DNA from: a virus
Lineage: Duplodnaviria; Caudoviricetes
Length of the DNA: 29,768 nt
Reading direction: 5' to 3' (one strand)
Virus record (IMG/VR): IMGVR_UViG_3300017766_001981
Coordinates: 1-29,768 of that record
Positions within the stretch are counted from its first letter, which is position 1. Each line of letters opens with the position of its first letter. Shown piece by piece: positions 17,884 to 28,143 of the stretch. Under the pieces are notes generated by a model. The model saw nothing but the letters and a program-made list of their open reading frames with translations, had not been told where the DNA came from and searched no databases. The translations under genes and the position numbers were made by a program.

Positions 17884-20151
17884 ATGGCAATTTCATCACT
17901 GTCTTCAAATTCAACTTTTTATGACTGGTATATAAAGACCAATGATATCATAACAGAAATAAATTTAATGAATGTCTATGGTGTTACCAGCGGTGATGGA
18001 ATTCTGCTGACAACTAATCCAGTTACTAAAATTGCAACTGGAGTAATTGGTGGTACATCTGGAAATATACAATCTGGATTAACTTTTAGTGGTAAAGTAT
18101 CGTTTACTGGTGAAGTTGTAGTTCCAAATGTTTCATTTAAAGTCACAGGAATAACAAGTGGAACACTTGGATATAATTTTGGATCTGTAATTAGATTAGA
18201 TGGTTTTGGATATACATTAGCAAAAGCAAATGATCCAGATAATTCAGAAGTATTGGGTGTCATCTCATCCATAAATCCAACTTATTCTGTAGTAACTTCA
18301 CTGGGAAGAATTTCTGGAGATTTCTCAACTACTGCTGGTGGAACACTAAGTCCTGGTTGTATTTACTTTTTAGATCCATCAGATGCAGGAAAAATTACAA
18401 CATCTGAACCACAAACAGTTGGTCAAGTATCAAAACCAATAATAATGGGAATATCTGGTGATTCTGGATTGGTTGTTCAGTATAGAGGAAATTATTTAAA
18501 TGGTGCTGGTGCAAATTTAGGAATGTCTGGAAATAATAGAATTTATATTGTGCTTCCAGCAGCATCTGCATCTAATGGATTTACACCAGGTACTTTTGTG
18601 TCTTATCTTCCAGATGTGGGAAATTTTAATGCAGAATTTTCGACATATTTAACTAACACTAGTAGAATTATATACGATGGTTGGTTTATAAGTCAAGCAT
18701 CTTCCATATCAAATAGTTCACCAATGCCATTAGAAGAAGATTTTGTTGTTGGAATGATAGAAACATCTGCTGATTATGGATTAAATAAAATATATCAAAT
18801 AGTAACAAAAGGTGCATCTGAAGTATTGCCAGATGGTCTTATGGAAAATACATCTTTGACAGGATGGTGGATTTTAGGTGATGAAAATACTGTAAATCAA
18901 ACGACTCCTTCATCAAATAATATTACAGAGCAACAAACATTCGAAAGATTGTATGTAGGATATAACTATAACGATTCTTCTTTTGTTGTAGATATTAAAC
19001 CACAAATTAGAAGTATATCTGCTGCACAGAGATCAACCCAAATAAGTTCACCAAAAGAATTTATGGGTGCTATAGTAAATGAAACATTTAATGGAGATTT
19101 TTCTGTATGGCAGAGAACAACAGCAAAAAATTCACAATATACAACCAATACTACAAAAATGTATTTTGCAGATCAATGGGTTAGAAGAACATCTAGAACA
19201 TCTTTAGTTACACAAACACTACAACGACAATCATTCAGCAAAACACAAACATCTGTCGAAGGTTCACCAGAATATTACATTGATGTAAAATGTTTAGTAG
19301 ATCCATCATCATTATGGATTGATGGATATCATTCTATTGGTCATATTCTTCCAGGAATTGAAAAATTCAACAATGAAAATATAACAATTTCATTCTATGC
19401 TAAATGCACACAAATAAATTATAATATAAATGTATATTTTGCAAGATATAATGGTTCTACTCTTGTTTCAAAATATACAGTAGGAACAATAAAACCATCA
19501 TCAGTAAATTGGACAAAATATACATTTAATTATACTGTTCCGACTTTAGCATCTGCATCATACAACGATGATTATGTTGAAATTGGATTTGATCTAGAAC
19601 CAATGGTAAAACAAGCATTTAATGCTAGTGTTGCAACTGGAACCAATCTAGTTGCAAGTTTCTCGTCTTTGTCTGTATATAGAGGAACATATTCCAATCC
19701 AAAATTATTATTTGAAACACTAGAAACCAAGCAATTGAAATCAAAAAGATATTATGTGACAACATATAGTGACAGTCAAACACCAGGATCACAAACCTTA
19801 GCAGATGATGGTTCAATCGCAATTAATTCTACAGTTATTCAATTAAATCCATCTACACAATACAGTATACAGAAATTTCCAACTGAAATGCGTGCAGTTC
19901 CATCAGTTGCAATATATTCTCCAGATTCTGGAACACAAAATGATATATTTAATATTACGGCAAATGTAGATCTAAGACAAACATCTGGAACTATTGGATA
20001 TGACAAAAAAACAAGAGTATCAAAATTAAATACACCAACTATATCTGTAAATTCCGATAAGACAGCATATAAACTTACTGTATTGAATGGTGTTGTTCCA
20101 TATGACACAATAGGGTATCACATAATCGCTGATGCATCATATCCATTATAA
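17884..20151 (+). CDS. Tail fibre/baseplate appendage protein with a carbohydrate-binding-like C-terminal domain
   Basis: N-terminal STFYDWYIKTNDII; a YTLAKA..EVLGV..YFL...AG...P....KPI domain; C-terminal NGDFSVWQR..YFADQW..ITISFYAK..WTKY..KRYY..MRAVPSV, a pattern common in phage fibre jelly-roll domains. SD AGGAG upstream. Confidence 0.6.
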   Translation: MAISSLSSNSTFYDWYIKTNDIITEINLMNVYGVTSGDGILLTTNPVTKIATGVIGGTSGNIQSGLTFSGKVSFTGEVVVPNVSFKVTGITSGTLGYNFGSVIRLDGFGYTLAKANDPDNSEVLGVISSINPTYSVVTSLGRISGDFSTTAGGTLSPGCIYFLDPSDAGKITTSEPQTVGQVSKPIIMGISGDSGLVVQYRGNYLNGAGANLGMSGNNRIYIVLPAASASNGFTPGTFVSYLPDVGNFNAEFSTYLTNTSRIIYDGWFISQASSISNSSPMPLEEDFVVGMIETSADYGLNKIYQIVTKGASEVLPDGLMENTSLTGWWILGDENTVNQTTPSSNNITEQQTFERLYVGYNYNDSSFVVDIKPQIRSISAAQRSTQISSPKEFMGAIVNETFNGDFSVWQRTTAKNSQYTTNTTKMYFADQWVRRTSRTSLVTQTLQRQSFSKTQTSVEGSPEYYIDVKCLVDPSSLWIDGYHSIGHILPGIEKFNNENITISFYAKCTQINYNINVYFARYNGSTLVSKYTVGTIKPSSVNWTKYTFNYTVPTLASASYNDDYVEIGFDLEPMVKQAFNASVATGTNLVASFSSLSVYRGTYSNPKLLFETLETKQLKSKRYYVTTYSDSQTPGSQTLADDGSIAINSTVIQLNPSTQYSIQKFPTEMRAVPSVAIYSPDSGTQNDIFNITANVDLRQTSGTIGYDKKTRVSKLNTPTISVNSDKTAYKLTVLNGVVPYDTIGYHIIADASYPL

Positions 20152-20162
20152 AGAGGTAAACA

Positions 20163-21677
20163 ATGCCAAGTTGCAATAGTAATAGTTCAAATATATTATC
20201 TGGATTAAATACATTAAATATAACACAAGGTTCTGGTGGATCTAGACTAATAGTATCAATTCCAAGAGTTGCTGGTCTGACAATTGGAAATGTAATTCGA
20301 TATGATGTTGCCAGTTCTGGATATACAGCATCAAAAGCAGACACTGCAGTGAATGCAGAAGTATTCGGAATCGTTGAATCCTATATTCCAACAACAGATA
20401 AATTATCAGTAGTTTTGAATGGTTCTATATCTCTAGATTCTTCATATTTCTTGAATAGAACAGATGATCCTTCTGGTGCTGGTGGAGGAAATGATATTTA
20501 CTTTCTAAGTGGGACCACTGCTGGTTTATTAGAAAACTTAGCACCACTGAATTCTACTCATGTTGTAAAACCAATATATCAAAAAGCACCACATGGAACA
20601 TACACTGGTTCTGTTGTTAATTATTCTGGTTATAGAATAGGTGGAGATGTTCAGTCTATACTTGATTCAAAAAATCTGACAGGAAAAGTAGGAACAATAC
20701 AATTTGCATTTGAGGATCTTCAAGCATTGAGTGGTGATGAACAATTGCTTATGCAAGAATTTTATAATGGCAGAGGAACTAATGTTCCTGCACTGTTTCA
20801 ACTAGATCCAGATGTTTATAAGGATTGGAATTTAGAATTTTTAAGAGTAGATAGACCTGTTGGTATTTTAGATAATCTTATGCTACGACCAATAGACTTT
20901 CCACAATTTTTATCAAAATCTTATGATGAGAATGGTTCATTGAAATATGGACCTGGATGGAATTGGACCATTGGTTGGATTGAAAAAATAAAAATAGATG
21001 ATGGAGTCCCTTTTCCAAATTTGACGACAGGAAGTGTTGTATTCCAATTCAATCACAGTAATTATTTTAATAATCCAATAGTTGATACATGTTATGGTAA
21101 AGTATGGGCATGGGATTCAGTAAATAGATTCATATGGATTTATAGACCAGCAACAAAATTATTTGATCCTGTATCTGGCAATGATTTAGGAGAAGATTAT
21201 AGAATTGATTCTCCACTAATGTTTGAGAAAAATCAATCAGATTCAAGTAATGGTATTATACAAATAGGAACTGTCCCAGCAAATAATCCAAATGATTTTA
21301 GTAATTGGAGTTTAACTCCATATACAATAAAAACAACAATAAGGAATACCCAATTTGTTGCTATGATAATGACTTCATTGCAATGGAATGTCAATTTCAT
21401 TAATGCTCCAGCAGAAACTGGAGTAGGATTCTTTACACTTTGGAATGAATACTCAGATCCAATAAATCCAAATCTTGCATTGGCAAATTATTTTTCAGCA
21501 TATTCATTGAATCCATCAATTTATGTTAAAGTTAAAGATAAAGGATCTACTGTTTCTATACCACAAGAAGTAACAATAGCAAATCTAAATGCAGGAACCA
21601 TTGATCTCACTGGAATCGGAGATTTAAAAACAGCATTAGATGATATATTGTCAAGATTAAGCAACCATGGATTATAA
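20163..21677 (+). CDS. Virion structural protein, N-terminal domain paralogous to the upstream fibre
   Basis: GNVIRY....GYTASKAD....AEVFGIV...IYFLS...AG......P......KPI aligns by eye with GSVIRL...GYTLAKAN....SEVLGVI...IYFLD...AG......P......KPI in 17884..20151. SD GAGGT upstream. Confidence 0.6.
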   Translation: MPSCNSNSSNILSGLNTLNITQGSGGSRLIVSIPRVAGLTIGNVIRYDVASSGYTASKADTAVNAEVFGIVESYIPTTDKLSVVLNGSISLDSSYFLNRTDDPSGAGGGNDIYFLSGTTAGLLENLAPLNSTHVVKPIYQKAPHGTYTGSVVNYSGYRIGGDVQSILDSKNLTGKVGTIQFAFEDLQALSGDEQLLMQEFYNGRGTNVPALFQLDPDVYKDWNLEFLRVDRPVGILDNLMLRPIDFPQFLSKSYDENGSLKYGPGWNWTIGWIEKIKIDDGVPFPNLTTGSVVFQFNHSNYFNNPIVDTCYGKVWAWDSVNRFIWIYRPATKLFDPVSGNDLGEDYRIDSPLMFEKNQSDSSNGIIQIGTVPANNPNDFSNWSLTPYTIKTTIRNTQFVAMIMTSLQWNVNFINAPAETGVGFFTLWNEYSDPINPNLALANYFSAYSLNPSIYVKVKDKGSTVSIPQEVTIANLNAGTIDLTGIGDLKTALDDILSRLSNHGL

Positions 21678-21680
21678 TAA

Positions 21681-24600
21681 ATGATATACGGAAGTAGTCC
21701 AATTGTAAATCCAAACCTGATAGGAATAACAGGTCAGACTGGAATAACAGGTCCAATAGGATACTCTGGAGCAAGAGGTCCAACAGGGAATCCTGGAAAT
21801 TCTGGTTCGACAGGTCCATCATTAATTGGAATGACATTAACAATTTCATCTCCAAATTATTTGGTAAATATTTTTGATAATGATACCAGTATAAATGCAT
21901 TAAGCGTTATTCGTGGATCAACTGGAAATTATTATTTGTTTGCAGATGCTGATATATTATCAAATCAATTTAATATAATCTATGGTGTTTCATACTTCTA
22001 TTCAGATAATGATTCATATCCAAAAAATATAATTGCTTTCCGTGGAATCACAACAAATGATTCTAGATTGATAAAAATCAATAAAGTCGTAAATGGAGCA
22101 AATGGAGCAATTGATATAAATTATAATTTATTCAATATAACATCTTTGGAATTGGATCCTCCATATTTTAAAAATTCCATCATTTATACTCAACCAGGAT
22201 TAAATCCTGGAGTAGACGAAGAATTCAAGGGATTAGAAAATACATTATATAATACAGAAACAAGTACATATATTGGTCAGATTAAAAATTATTCAGAGAG
22301 AATACAATTTATTGATGCAATATCTATTCAAATTGGAACAGATTCAACTAGAAGAATATTTTATTGGCCAATAGATTGGGAAGATGGAAATATAATAAAA
22401 TTAAATCCATATGTATCAAGTGGGCAAACCGTAGTAGCGCAAATAATATATGTTAAATCACCAAATAATGAATTCACTTCAGAAGGAATGACTATTGTAA
22501 TTCCAAGTGGAATTACATCATCGAATACATTTACTACATTATTTGCAACAACTGAAGATCTGGATATCGTTCCAGATATCAATAATCTAAATCAAAATAT
22601 ATCATGGCCATTATCTGTTCCTCCATGCATTACACAAAATATTGATATTTTAAATTTAATCTCAATTGGAAATATTTGGTATGCGGATTTTAGTCATCGT
22701 GGAATGACTTTTAAAAATTCAGAAATAGATTTAGTCGGTGATTTGTCAAAAATACCATCATTAATTAATATAACAGAAGATTTATATAATTGTGCAAATG
22801 GAAGTAATGTGTTTGGTTATTGCTGTCCATCACAGTGTGGAATAACTGGATATGAAACTATAGAAGTTTTATGCAATGGCGTTTTTTATCTTGGAATGAC
22901 TGGTTCAACATGTGATAACATTTGTTTTAGAACTGGAGTTTGTTGTTTGGTGAGATCAGATCAAACTGTACAGAAATTACCAGATTTTGTTGCTGAATGC
23001 GAATGTGCATCATTTGCTCAAACAAATTCGTCAACTTATATATGGACACCAAAAGATAACAATATAGTAACTGTAAATGATGTTGATTGCAATTCTTCAA
23101 TATTGGGATTAGGTGGTTGCTGCGATGGAAGAGGCATTTGCACACAAGAAACAGCACAAGATTGTCTAGCACTTGGTGGATTTTATCAAGGGTTAGGAGT
23201 AAATTGTCAATTAGCAAATGGAACATCCTTATGTCGTGGTGGAACAGGTGGATGTTGTATGCCACTATCTAACACATGCGAAAATAATTATACATTTGAT
23301 AATTGTATGCAGTCAAATGGAATTTATTTTGGAGTAAATACAGTTTGCTCTGATTTTGAATGTTCTAGTACATGTTTAAATACCATACCTGGAATTCCTC
23401 CGCTCACAATTGGTTCGGAATTTGAGGGTGGAATTGTTGCTGGTATATTCAATACACAAAAATCATTATGTCTTGGAAATAAAAAATTCGGTGGCATACC
23501 ATTAAATTTTGTTGCTGGATTAAATGAAAATGAAATATTAGGTAGTACAGCAATATTTAATTATCTAACAAATGGTGATGAAATAAATGCAGAATTGTAT
23601 TATTCGCGATCAGATAAAATTGGATATGGATTTACTCATTCTGTAAATCATCTATGCGAAAAAGATACATGGATTCTCATTGTAGGAAAATATCCAATTA
23701 ATATTATAGAATCTACAAATCCAATTGATACTATTTCTGATGATATTACAGACAATAGAGGTATTAAAACATTCACATGGAGTCATGGTGGAACTTATTT
23801 TGGTTTTGCATTGGATAATGCATATAAAATACCAGTAAATTCAGAAAATGATGATTTGATATGCCCGCAATCAGTTGAAATGTCAGAACTTGAACAACCA
23901 GAATTATATGTTAGGGACGAAGGATGGTATGCATTCAAAGATAGTTCGAATGTAGCAAATGGTATCACCTATTATGGAAATAGAGAAACTTTTAAATCTT
24001 GCTCTGACTATTTTAATAATTGCCCAATAAAAAGAGCAAGTCTAATTCCGCTTTATGCTAGAGTTGGTTCAGAAAAAATCTGGAGAAGAAATTGGGGTTT
24101 ATATAATACGATCATGATGGTTGGTGCAGAGTTGTGGGCAAATAAAGATACAAATCCAGAATTAAATTTATCTCTTTATAATTTTAATTTTGGGCAGGGA
24201 TTTACTTTCTCATATGACCAATGGGAAACCAGTCAACAATCAGCAGGAGAAGCAATATCTGCATACAATATATGCAAATCTGAAAGTGTATATTCACCAA
24301 AGTTGTCAAAATGGTATATTCCCAGTGTAGATGAACTTTCATTTATTGCTCATAAGATATCATCTGAAGATTTAAATGGTAAAATTCTTGCAGCAAATGG
24401 CGTTCCGATTGGAGATTCTGGAATAGGAGCAGATGGATGGGTGTGGACTTCAACTGGAACATTCAATGAAGCAAATCAGAATGAATATATTCAGACAAAA
24501 GGAATAGGATATCCAGCAACAAGCAATGATGCTCCTCAATATAATGTAAAACATGGCACAGAAGCATGGGCAATGAAATTTAATCAAACAAGCATTTCTG

Positions 24601-24788
24601 ATATTAAAATAGGTAAGAAAAATAGATTGGATAAATATGAAGTCAGACCAGTAAGAATGATTCGTTGTGATGGTAAATATTATGACATAAATTCTACTGA
24701 CAATACATTAAATAATCCAGCAAAATATTGGAATTATTGGAATATGGCAGAATTACCACTGGCAAATATGCTTTTAGGACCAGACTAA
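21681..24788 (+). CDS. Modular fibre 1: collagen stalk, GxCC cysteine repeats, DUF1566/C-type-lectin-like tip
   Basis: 11 G-X-Y triplets at 21723-21821; four GxCC repeats at ~22815-23375; IGSEFEGGIVAG, WYIPSVDELSFI (24312), WVWTST, AW...F, VRPVRMI. Confidence 0.65.
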   Translation: MIYGSSPIVNPNLIGITGQTGITGPIGYSGARGPTGNPGNSGSTGPSLIGMTLTISSPNYLVNIFDNDTSINALSVIRGSTGNYYLFADADILSNQFNIIYGVSYFYSDNDSYPKNIIAFRGITTNDSRLIKINKVVNGANGAIDINYNLFNITSLELDPPYFKNSIIYTQPGLNPGVDEEFKGLENTLYNTETSTYIGQIKNYSERIQFIDAISIQIGTDSTRRIFYWPIDWEDGNIIKLNPYVSSGQTVVAQIIYVKSPNNEFTSEGMTIVIPSGITSSNTFTTLFATTEDLDIVPDINNLNQNISWPLSVPPCITQNIDILNLISIGNIWYADFSHRGMTFKNSEIDLVGDLSKIPSLINITEDLYNCANGSNVFGYCCPSQCGITGYETIEVLCNGVFYLGMTGSTCDNICFRTGVCCLVRSDQTVQKLPDFVAECECASFAQTNSSTYIWTPKDNNIVTVNDVDCNSSILGLGGCCDGRGICTQETAQDCLALGGFYQGLGVNCQLANGTSLCRGGTGGCCMPLSNTCENNYTFDNCMQSNGIYFGVNTVCSDFECSSTCLNTIPGIPPLTIGSEFEGGIVAGIFNTQKSLCLGNKKFGGIPLNFVAGLNENEILGSTAIFNYLTNGDEINAELYYSRSDKIGYGFTHSVNHLCEKDTWILIVGKYPINIIESTNPIDTISDDITDNRGIKTFTWSHGGTYFGFALDNAYKIPVNSENDDLICPQSVEMSELEQPELYVRDEGWYAFKDSSNVANGITYYGNRETFKSCSDYFNNCPIKRASLIPLYARVGSEKIWRRNWGLYNTIMMVGAELWANKDTNPELNLSLYNFNFGQGFTFSYDQWETSQQSAGEAISAYNICKSESVYSPKLSKWYIPSVDELSFIAHKISSEDLNGKILAANGVPIGDSGIGADGWVWTSTGTFNEANQNEYIQTKGIGYPATSNDAPQYNVKHGTEAWAMKFNQTSISDIKIGKKNRLDKYEVRPVRMIRCDGKYYDINSTDNTLNNPAKYWNYWNMAELPLANMLLGPD

Positions 24789-24790
24789 CA

Positions 24791-27700
24791 ATGAGTTCAT
24801 CAAGAATATCTTATAATGCATCAGATAAAACAGGAATCAGGGGTCCAACAGGTCCAACTGGTCCAACTGGTCCAACAGGTCCAACAGGAAATCAATTTCA
24901 ATATGGATTAACTGGATCCACTGGATTGGGAATAACAGGAATAACTGGAGATAATGGACTACTATCAACTGGTGTATTTTTCTATTTTAATGATATTTCT
25001 TATGGATTGCCTTCTGTTGTTGGTCCACAAGGAGCATATGATCCAACTGTAGATTCTAATAAAGTGTTTCAGATTAAAACTATAGGTGATATTGTTCCAG
25101 ATTTATCAAATACAATAGCACCATCAGAAACAGATAAAGACTATAGAAGAAATGAATTAGTAATATTTAATCGCATACGAACTTCAAGTTCTACTTTTAC
25201 ACCAAATGAATATGGTGTTAATATATCGCAAAATTCATTTACTATATTTGGTGCTACAGCAGATACTAATTTATTGCCAATGGGAAACACTGGAGAAATT
25301 TTATTTGCTATATCGTCAGTACAAACAAACTCACCACCATCGGCAAGAGGTGGATTAAACACAAAATGGATTCCAGAGCAAAATCAATTACATATAGATT
25401 TTGCCGCATTCAAAGAACCAATTTATAGAAATAAAAATTATGGAATGTCTGGTGGAATTCAATTTGATTCATATCAAAATTATACAAATCATCCAACAGC
25501 ATTTGTTTACTATAATTTAAATTCAGGACTCACTGGTGGTGTTGGCACATTTTATACGGATTTTGATCCTCAATTTATTGATGATGGAACAGAGAATTAT
25601 GTTATAGATCCAAATAATAATGTTTCTGATCAAAATATTCCAGATAAAATAAATTTAAGTTTATATTTTGGACTTACTGGTGGTTCGGTATTCAATAAAA
25701 TTAATTTTATTCCATTGCAAGGATACACAGCAATGGATAAATTTACTCCACAAAATTTTGATATAACAAAACTAGGATCGTGTTGCTTTTGCTCATCGAC
25801 AGCACAAGAAACTGAAAAATTATGTAAAGATTATGTAACAAAGGAATATTGCGATAGCATTAATGGAAATTTTGCAATACGATCATGCAATCAAAGAAGT
25901 CTGAATAACACTGGAAGTGAATGTTATTTTGAAGGTGCTTGTTGTGTGCAGGGATCAACCTATGGAGAACCAAGTAGATGTCTCAACACATCAAGAGCAA
26001 AATGTGAATATTATAATGGAACATTTTTTCCAGGAGAAGCATGTGATACTGTAATAGTTGGTGATGATGCTCCTGTATTTACATGTCCAACAAGATATTG
26101 TGATTTGACAAAATTAGGAAAATGCTGCATTCGTGGAAGATGTTTTGATTTAACACAAACCGCATGTGAGGCACTAGGTCCAATTGCAATTTTCATAGGT
26201 GGTATTACTTGTTCATCTGAAGAGAATGATTCTGCATGTTGTGCTGCTCAAAATTATTTGGGTGCTTGCTGTAAAGGATCTTCTGGTTGTGTTGATAACA
26301 CAACTCCAACAAGTTGTTCTGATCAGGGTGGAATCTTTATGGGTTCTGGAACAGAATGCAATAACAATCTATGCTGTGGTGGTCAAACATTTGGTTATTT
26401 TAGTGGTCCACTGAGAGATAGTTGTTATGGATTAGGAAGATCACAAGTATTCAATTGCCCACAAATTGGAGATAAAATTGGTGGTGGATATTTTGCTGGA
26501 ATTATAGGAATGCCAAATCCATGTGATTCTTTTGATACTCCGCAAACAGCATTTGGAGAACCACTTGAGTGTATGATATCACCAAGAGGCAATATATTCT
26601 CTGATCCAGATTGGAGATGCAAGACCTGCATTAGTAATAAATTAGGAACAAATAATGGTTCTATAGAATATTTTGCAAGAACATGGAATGGTGTTGAGTT
26701 TGATTTCTTAAGATATTCTCAAAAGCAATCAAAGACATTGTTGAAAGCAGGAGTTCCAATAATTCAGCAAGTGTATGCTATTCCAGGAATCACTTGGCCA
26801 GATGATCGGATGTTTAGTGGTTCATCAACATATTCTAGAAGAAATGGAACATATTCTTATAGTTTAGTTTATCGTGGTCTTGCAGTAGAGGAGATGATAA
26901 ACACACAAACAATTGATGCAGTTGGAAATCCAATTCCAATTGATCAGTTAAATGTAAGTTTAGAAAACATATCTTTATTGTCTGAATCAAAGGGAATTCC
27001 ATGGGTATCTGCTGCCAGAAGAATTCATTCTAGAACATTTAGTCAACCGCAAGAAATAGGAATACACATTGTATGGGCATTGATTGTTGCTCCAGAAGAT
27101 GCCACTGTGGGAACTAGTAGAAATTTGAGTTGGGGAATGTCTGAAGGAAGACACATAGCAGATTCAAATGGAGTTCCACAAAAAATAGTAATAGAACCAG
27201 TAAATACATTCCCAGTAGATGGATTAGTAAATACTAGATTATATGATAAATCATCTATTCAAAATGCTATCGGATTTTGGAGAAGAAATTGGGGTGTGAC
27301 TGGAGCAGTAGGAACTGATCCAGAAGCATTTATGCGTTTCTCTTATGGATCTGGATCATATTGGTCAGGACCAGTGAATGAGAATTATATTAAGCAAATA
27401 AATGAAAATAGTGTATTCTATACTCAAGAATATAGAAAAATGTGGGAGAACAATAATCCATCGCATTCAGCAACAAGAGTAATATCAGAATGGAATGAAA
27501 GTGGATTATATGGACATAATGATTGGTATATTCCAAGTATAACAGAATTGAATTATATTTACAATAATTTAGATACATTAAATAATTCTTTACTTATAAA
27601 TGGTCATAAACCAATGATCCAGAATGAATACTGGAGTTCAACTAGTGTCTCTAGACTGCAAGATTGGGATCAATTTGATCACGAAAATAAAGATAAATAT

Positions 27701-28129
27701 AAATTCGAAGCATTAGATCCAACTCTAGAACCATATCTGTCTAGAAATAGATTAATAAGCAATTCAAATGTATTCCACTACACAGGACAATATTTTGCAT
27801 TTGGGCAAACACCACCACCATTAAGTGAATTTGAAGCATATGTATTTACAATGGCAGTATCAAATGGGCAAAAGATGTTAGTGCAAGTATTTAATGGACA
27901 AGAATCAAATTTAGGAAAAATGTATAATAAGAGAAGATCATCCATTGGTCCAGGATTAAGACCAGTAAGAAGAATACCATTAGTGAATTCATGTGTATAT
28001 TTTAGTTTTGATTCGTCGTTTGTTGAAAATGAAATAACACAAACAAATAATTCATGTCTGGATAAAGTTTATTTCTCTGATTTATATGGAGATGGAACAG
28101 TTGGATGCGGAATAACTGGAATTTTATAG
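24791..28129 (+). CDS. Modular fibre 2: collagen stalk, GxCC cysteine repeats, DUF1566/C-type-lectin-like tip
   Basis: ATG 24791, 2 nt after the upstream stop, is preferred over the track's TTG 24728. (GPT)5 tract; GSCC/GACC/GKCC/GACC repeats at ~25775-26380; IGDKIGGGYFAG, DWYIPSITELNYIY (W at 27524), YWSST, LRPVRRI. Confidence 0.65.
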   Translation: MSSSRISYNASDKTGIRGPTGPTGPTGPTGPTGNQFQYGLTGSTGLGITGITGDNGLLSTGVFFYFNDISYGLPSVVGPQGAYDPTVDSNKVFQIKTIGDIVPDLSNTIAPSETDKDYRRNELVIFNRIRTSSSTFTPNEYGVNISQNSFTIFGATADTNLLPMGNTGEILFAISSVQTNSPPSARGGLNTKWIPEQNQLHIDFAAFKEPIYRNKNYGMSGGIQFDSYQNYTNHPTAFVYYNLNSGLTGGVGTFYTDFDPQFIDDGTENYVIDPNNNVSDQNIPDKINLSLYFGLTGGSVFNKINFIPLQGYTAMDKFTPQNFDITKLGSCCFCSSTAQETEKLCKDYVTKEYCDSINGNFAIRSCNQRSLNNTGSECYFEGACCVQGSTYGEPSRCLNTSRAKCEYYNGTFFPGEACDTVIVGDDAPVFTCPTRYCDLTKLGKCCIRGRCFDLTQTACEALGPIAIFIGGITCSSEENDSACCAAQNYLGACCKGSSGCVDNTTPTSCSDQGGIFMGSGTECNNNLCCGGQTFGYFSGPLRDSCYGLGRSQVFNCPQIGDKIGGGYFAGIIGMPNPCDSFDTPQTAFGEPLECMISPRGNIFSDPDWRCKTCISNKLGTNNGSIEYFARTWNGVEFDFLRYSQKQSKTLLKAGVPIIQQVYAIPGITWPDDRMFSGSSTYSRRNGTYSYSLVYRGLAVEEMINTQTIDAVGNPIPIDQLNVSLENISLLSESKGIPWVSAARRIHSRTFSQPQEIGIHIVWALIVAPEDATVGTSRNLSWGMSEGRHIADSNGVPQKIVIEPVNTFPVDGLVNTRLYDKSSIQNAIGFWRRNWGVTGAVGTDPEAFMRFSYGSGSYWSGPVNENYIKQINENSVFYTQEYRKMWENNNPSHSATRVISEWNESGLYGHNDWYIPSITELNYIYNNLDTLNNSLLINGHKPMIQNEYWSSTSVSRLQDWDQFDHENKDKYKFEALDPTLEPYLSRNRLISNSNVFHYTGQYFAFGQTPPPLSEFEAYVFTMAVSNGQKMLVQVFNGQESNLGKMYNKRRSSIGPGLRPVRRIPLVNSCVYFSFDSSFVENEITQTNNSCLDKVYFSDLYGDGTVGCGITGIL

Positions 28130-28143
28130 AGTAGGAGAAAATA

